Origin: Octopus sinensis
Taxonomy: Eukaryota
Reading direction: 5' to 3'
DNA: 22,092 nt
Assembly (NCBI RefSeq): GCF_006345805.1
Contig: NW_021823616.1
Coordinates: 1 to 22,092 of the forward strand
Position 1 is the first letter of the stretch. Each line of letters starts with the position of its first letter. The position numbers and the translations under genes were made by a program. Positions 21,321 to 22,092 of the stretch are shown one piece after another. The notes beneath the pieces are model-generated. The model made no database searches. It was not told the DNA's origin and saw only the letters and a list, made by a program, of their open reading frames with translations.

Positions 21321-21470
21321 GTTGGTCACGCTTCAGAGGCCTGTATGGCGGTTGCTTCCGATAGGATCTTCTGGCGGAAGCACCGGAGGACTCTACTCAC
21401 AACGACTGCTCCATCCTGCCCCCGAAATTGCGGGTAGAGAAAATGAATGAATGAATGAATAAATGGATGA
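21321..21470 (+). mobile_element. 3' end of an RTE-like LINE with (AATG)n tail
   Basis: MAVASDRIFWRK fits the A-DR--WR C-terminal motif, followed by a stop and AATG repeats. Confidence 0.5.
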
Positions 21471-21479
21471 ATAGATGGA

Positions 21480-21484
21480 TAATG

Positions 21485-21556
<72 letters not shown>

Positions 21557-21565
21557 TAATAATAA
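21480..21565. repeat. (TAA)n microsatellite
   Basis: Directly visible. Confidence 0.96.
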
Positions 21566-22071
21566 ATGCCCTGATGCAGTACCAGGCAGTGGCTCTCATG
21601 GCTTCTGATCTTAACTGATTGGAAGTGTTATCATGTACAATTGTTTTGTCTTGGTATAAAAGATGGGTTACAGCAAATATTCTGCTCGATACCACAGATT
21701 TGCTTGAGAGTTGTTTGACCATAACCAGTTGAGCATGTCCCTTAGAAGCTGACGATATGTGCATCTCTGATCACGAGCAGAAGTAGTGGGGGAGCATCAT
21801 AGCCATATGTTTCTTTCAACATCCTTAAGTAGTCCTTATTCAGGGACCTTTTGAGCGGGATGGGCTACTCGACCAGAAGAAAATTCTAACTGGGCCCCAC
21901 CTGCAAGGTCATGCGCCGTTAATCTTGATATGGGATCACCATGTCGCACACATATAGTTGTGATGCATGAGCCTAGTGTACCTTTATCAGACGGGTAGTC
22001 ATGATGGGTATACTGGGCTTCGTATATTTTACCCCAGTGTCACTTTGACGGCATGCACTGCTCTCTCACTC
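21566..22071 (+). mobile_element. ~500-bp non-coding element embedded in (TAA)n
   Basis: TAA repeats on both flanks, with no ORF, TIR or Pol III box seen. Class and strand are inferred. Confidence 0.5.
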
Positions 22072-22092
22072 AATAGTAATAATAAATAATAA

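Overview
Gene-poor, repeat-dense animal genomic DNA with no intact protein-coding gene. The SINE families and microsatellite load resemble those I recall from octopus/coleoid cephalopod genomes (recognition only, not verified). Almost all ORFs in the track are microsatellite artefacts. The real content is degraded mobile DNA: an R4/Dong-like (RLE) LINE 3' part, a Tx1/L1-like LINE 3' end in a GATA array, RTE, mariner and Tc1 fragments, a TA-flanked MITE, a non-autonomous Helitron, about 20 tRNA-derived SINE copies or fragments from several modular families, a truncated 5S rRNA copy, and Penelope-like remnants (some fold-back) with hammerhead-ribozyme-like motifs. The most notable observations are: (1) SINE family B shares a 44-nt 3' tail with the Tx1-like LINE and twice sits at the same GTATTTC site of its own family; (2) three different minimal hammerhead-like motifs are present; (3) each element type occupies a different microsatellite; (4) SINE bodies and tails are shuffled; (5) a 5S head abuts a tRNA-SINE. 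Family letters (A, B, X, Y, T1-T3) are my own labels.
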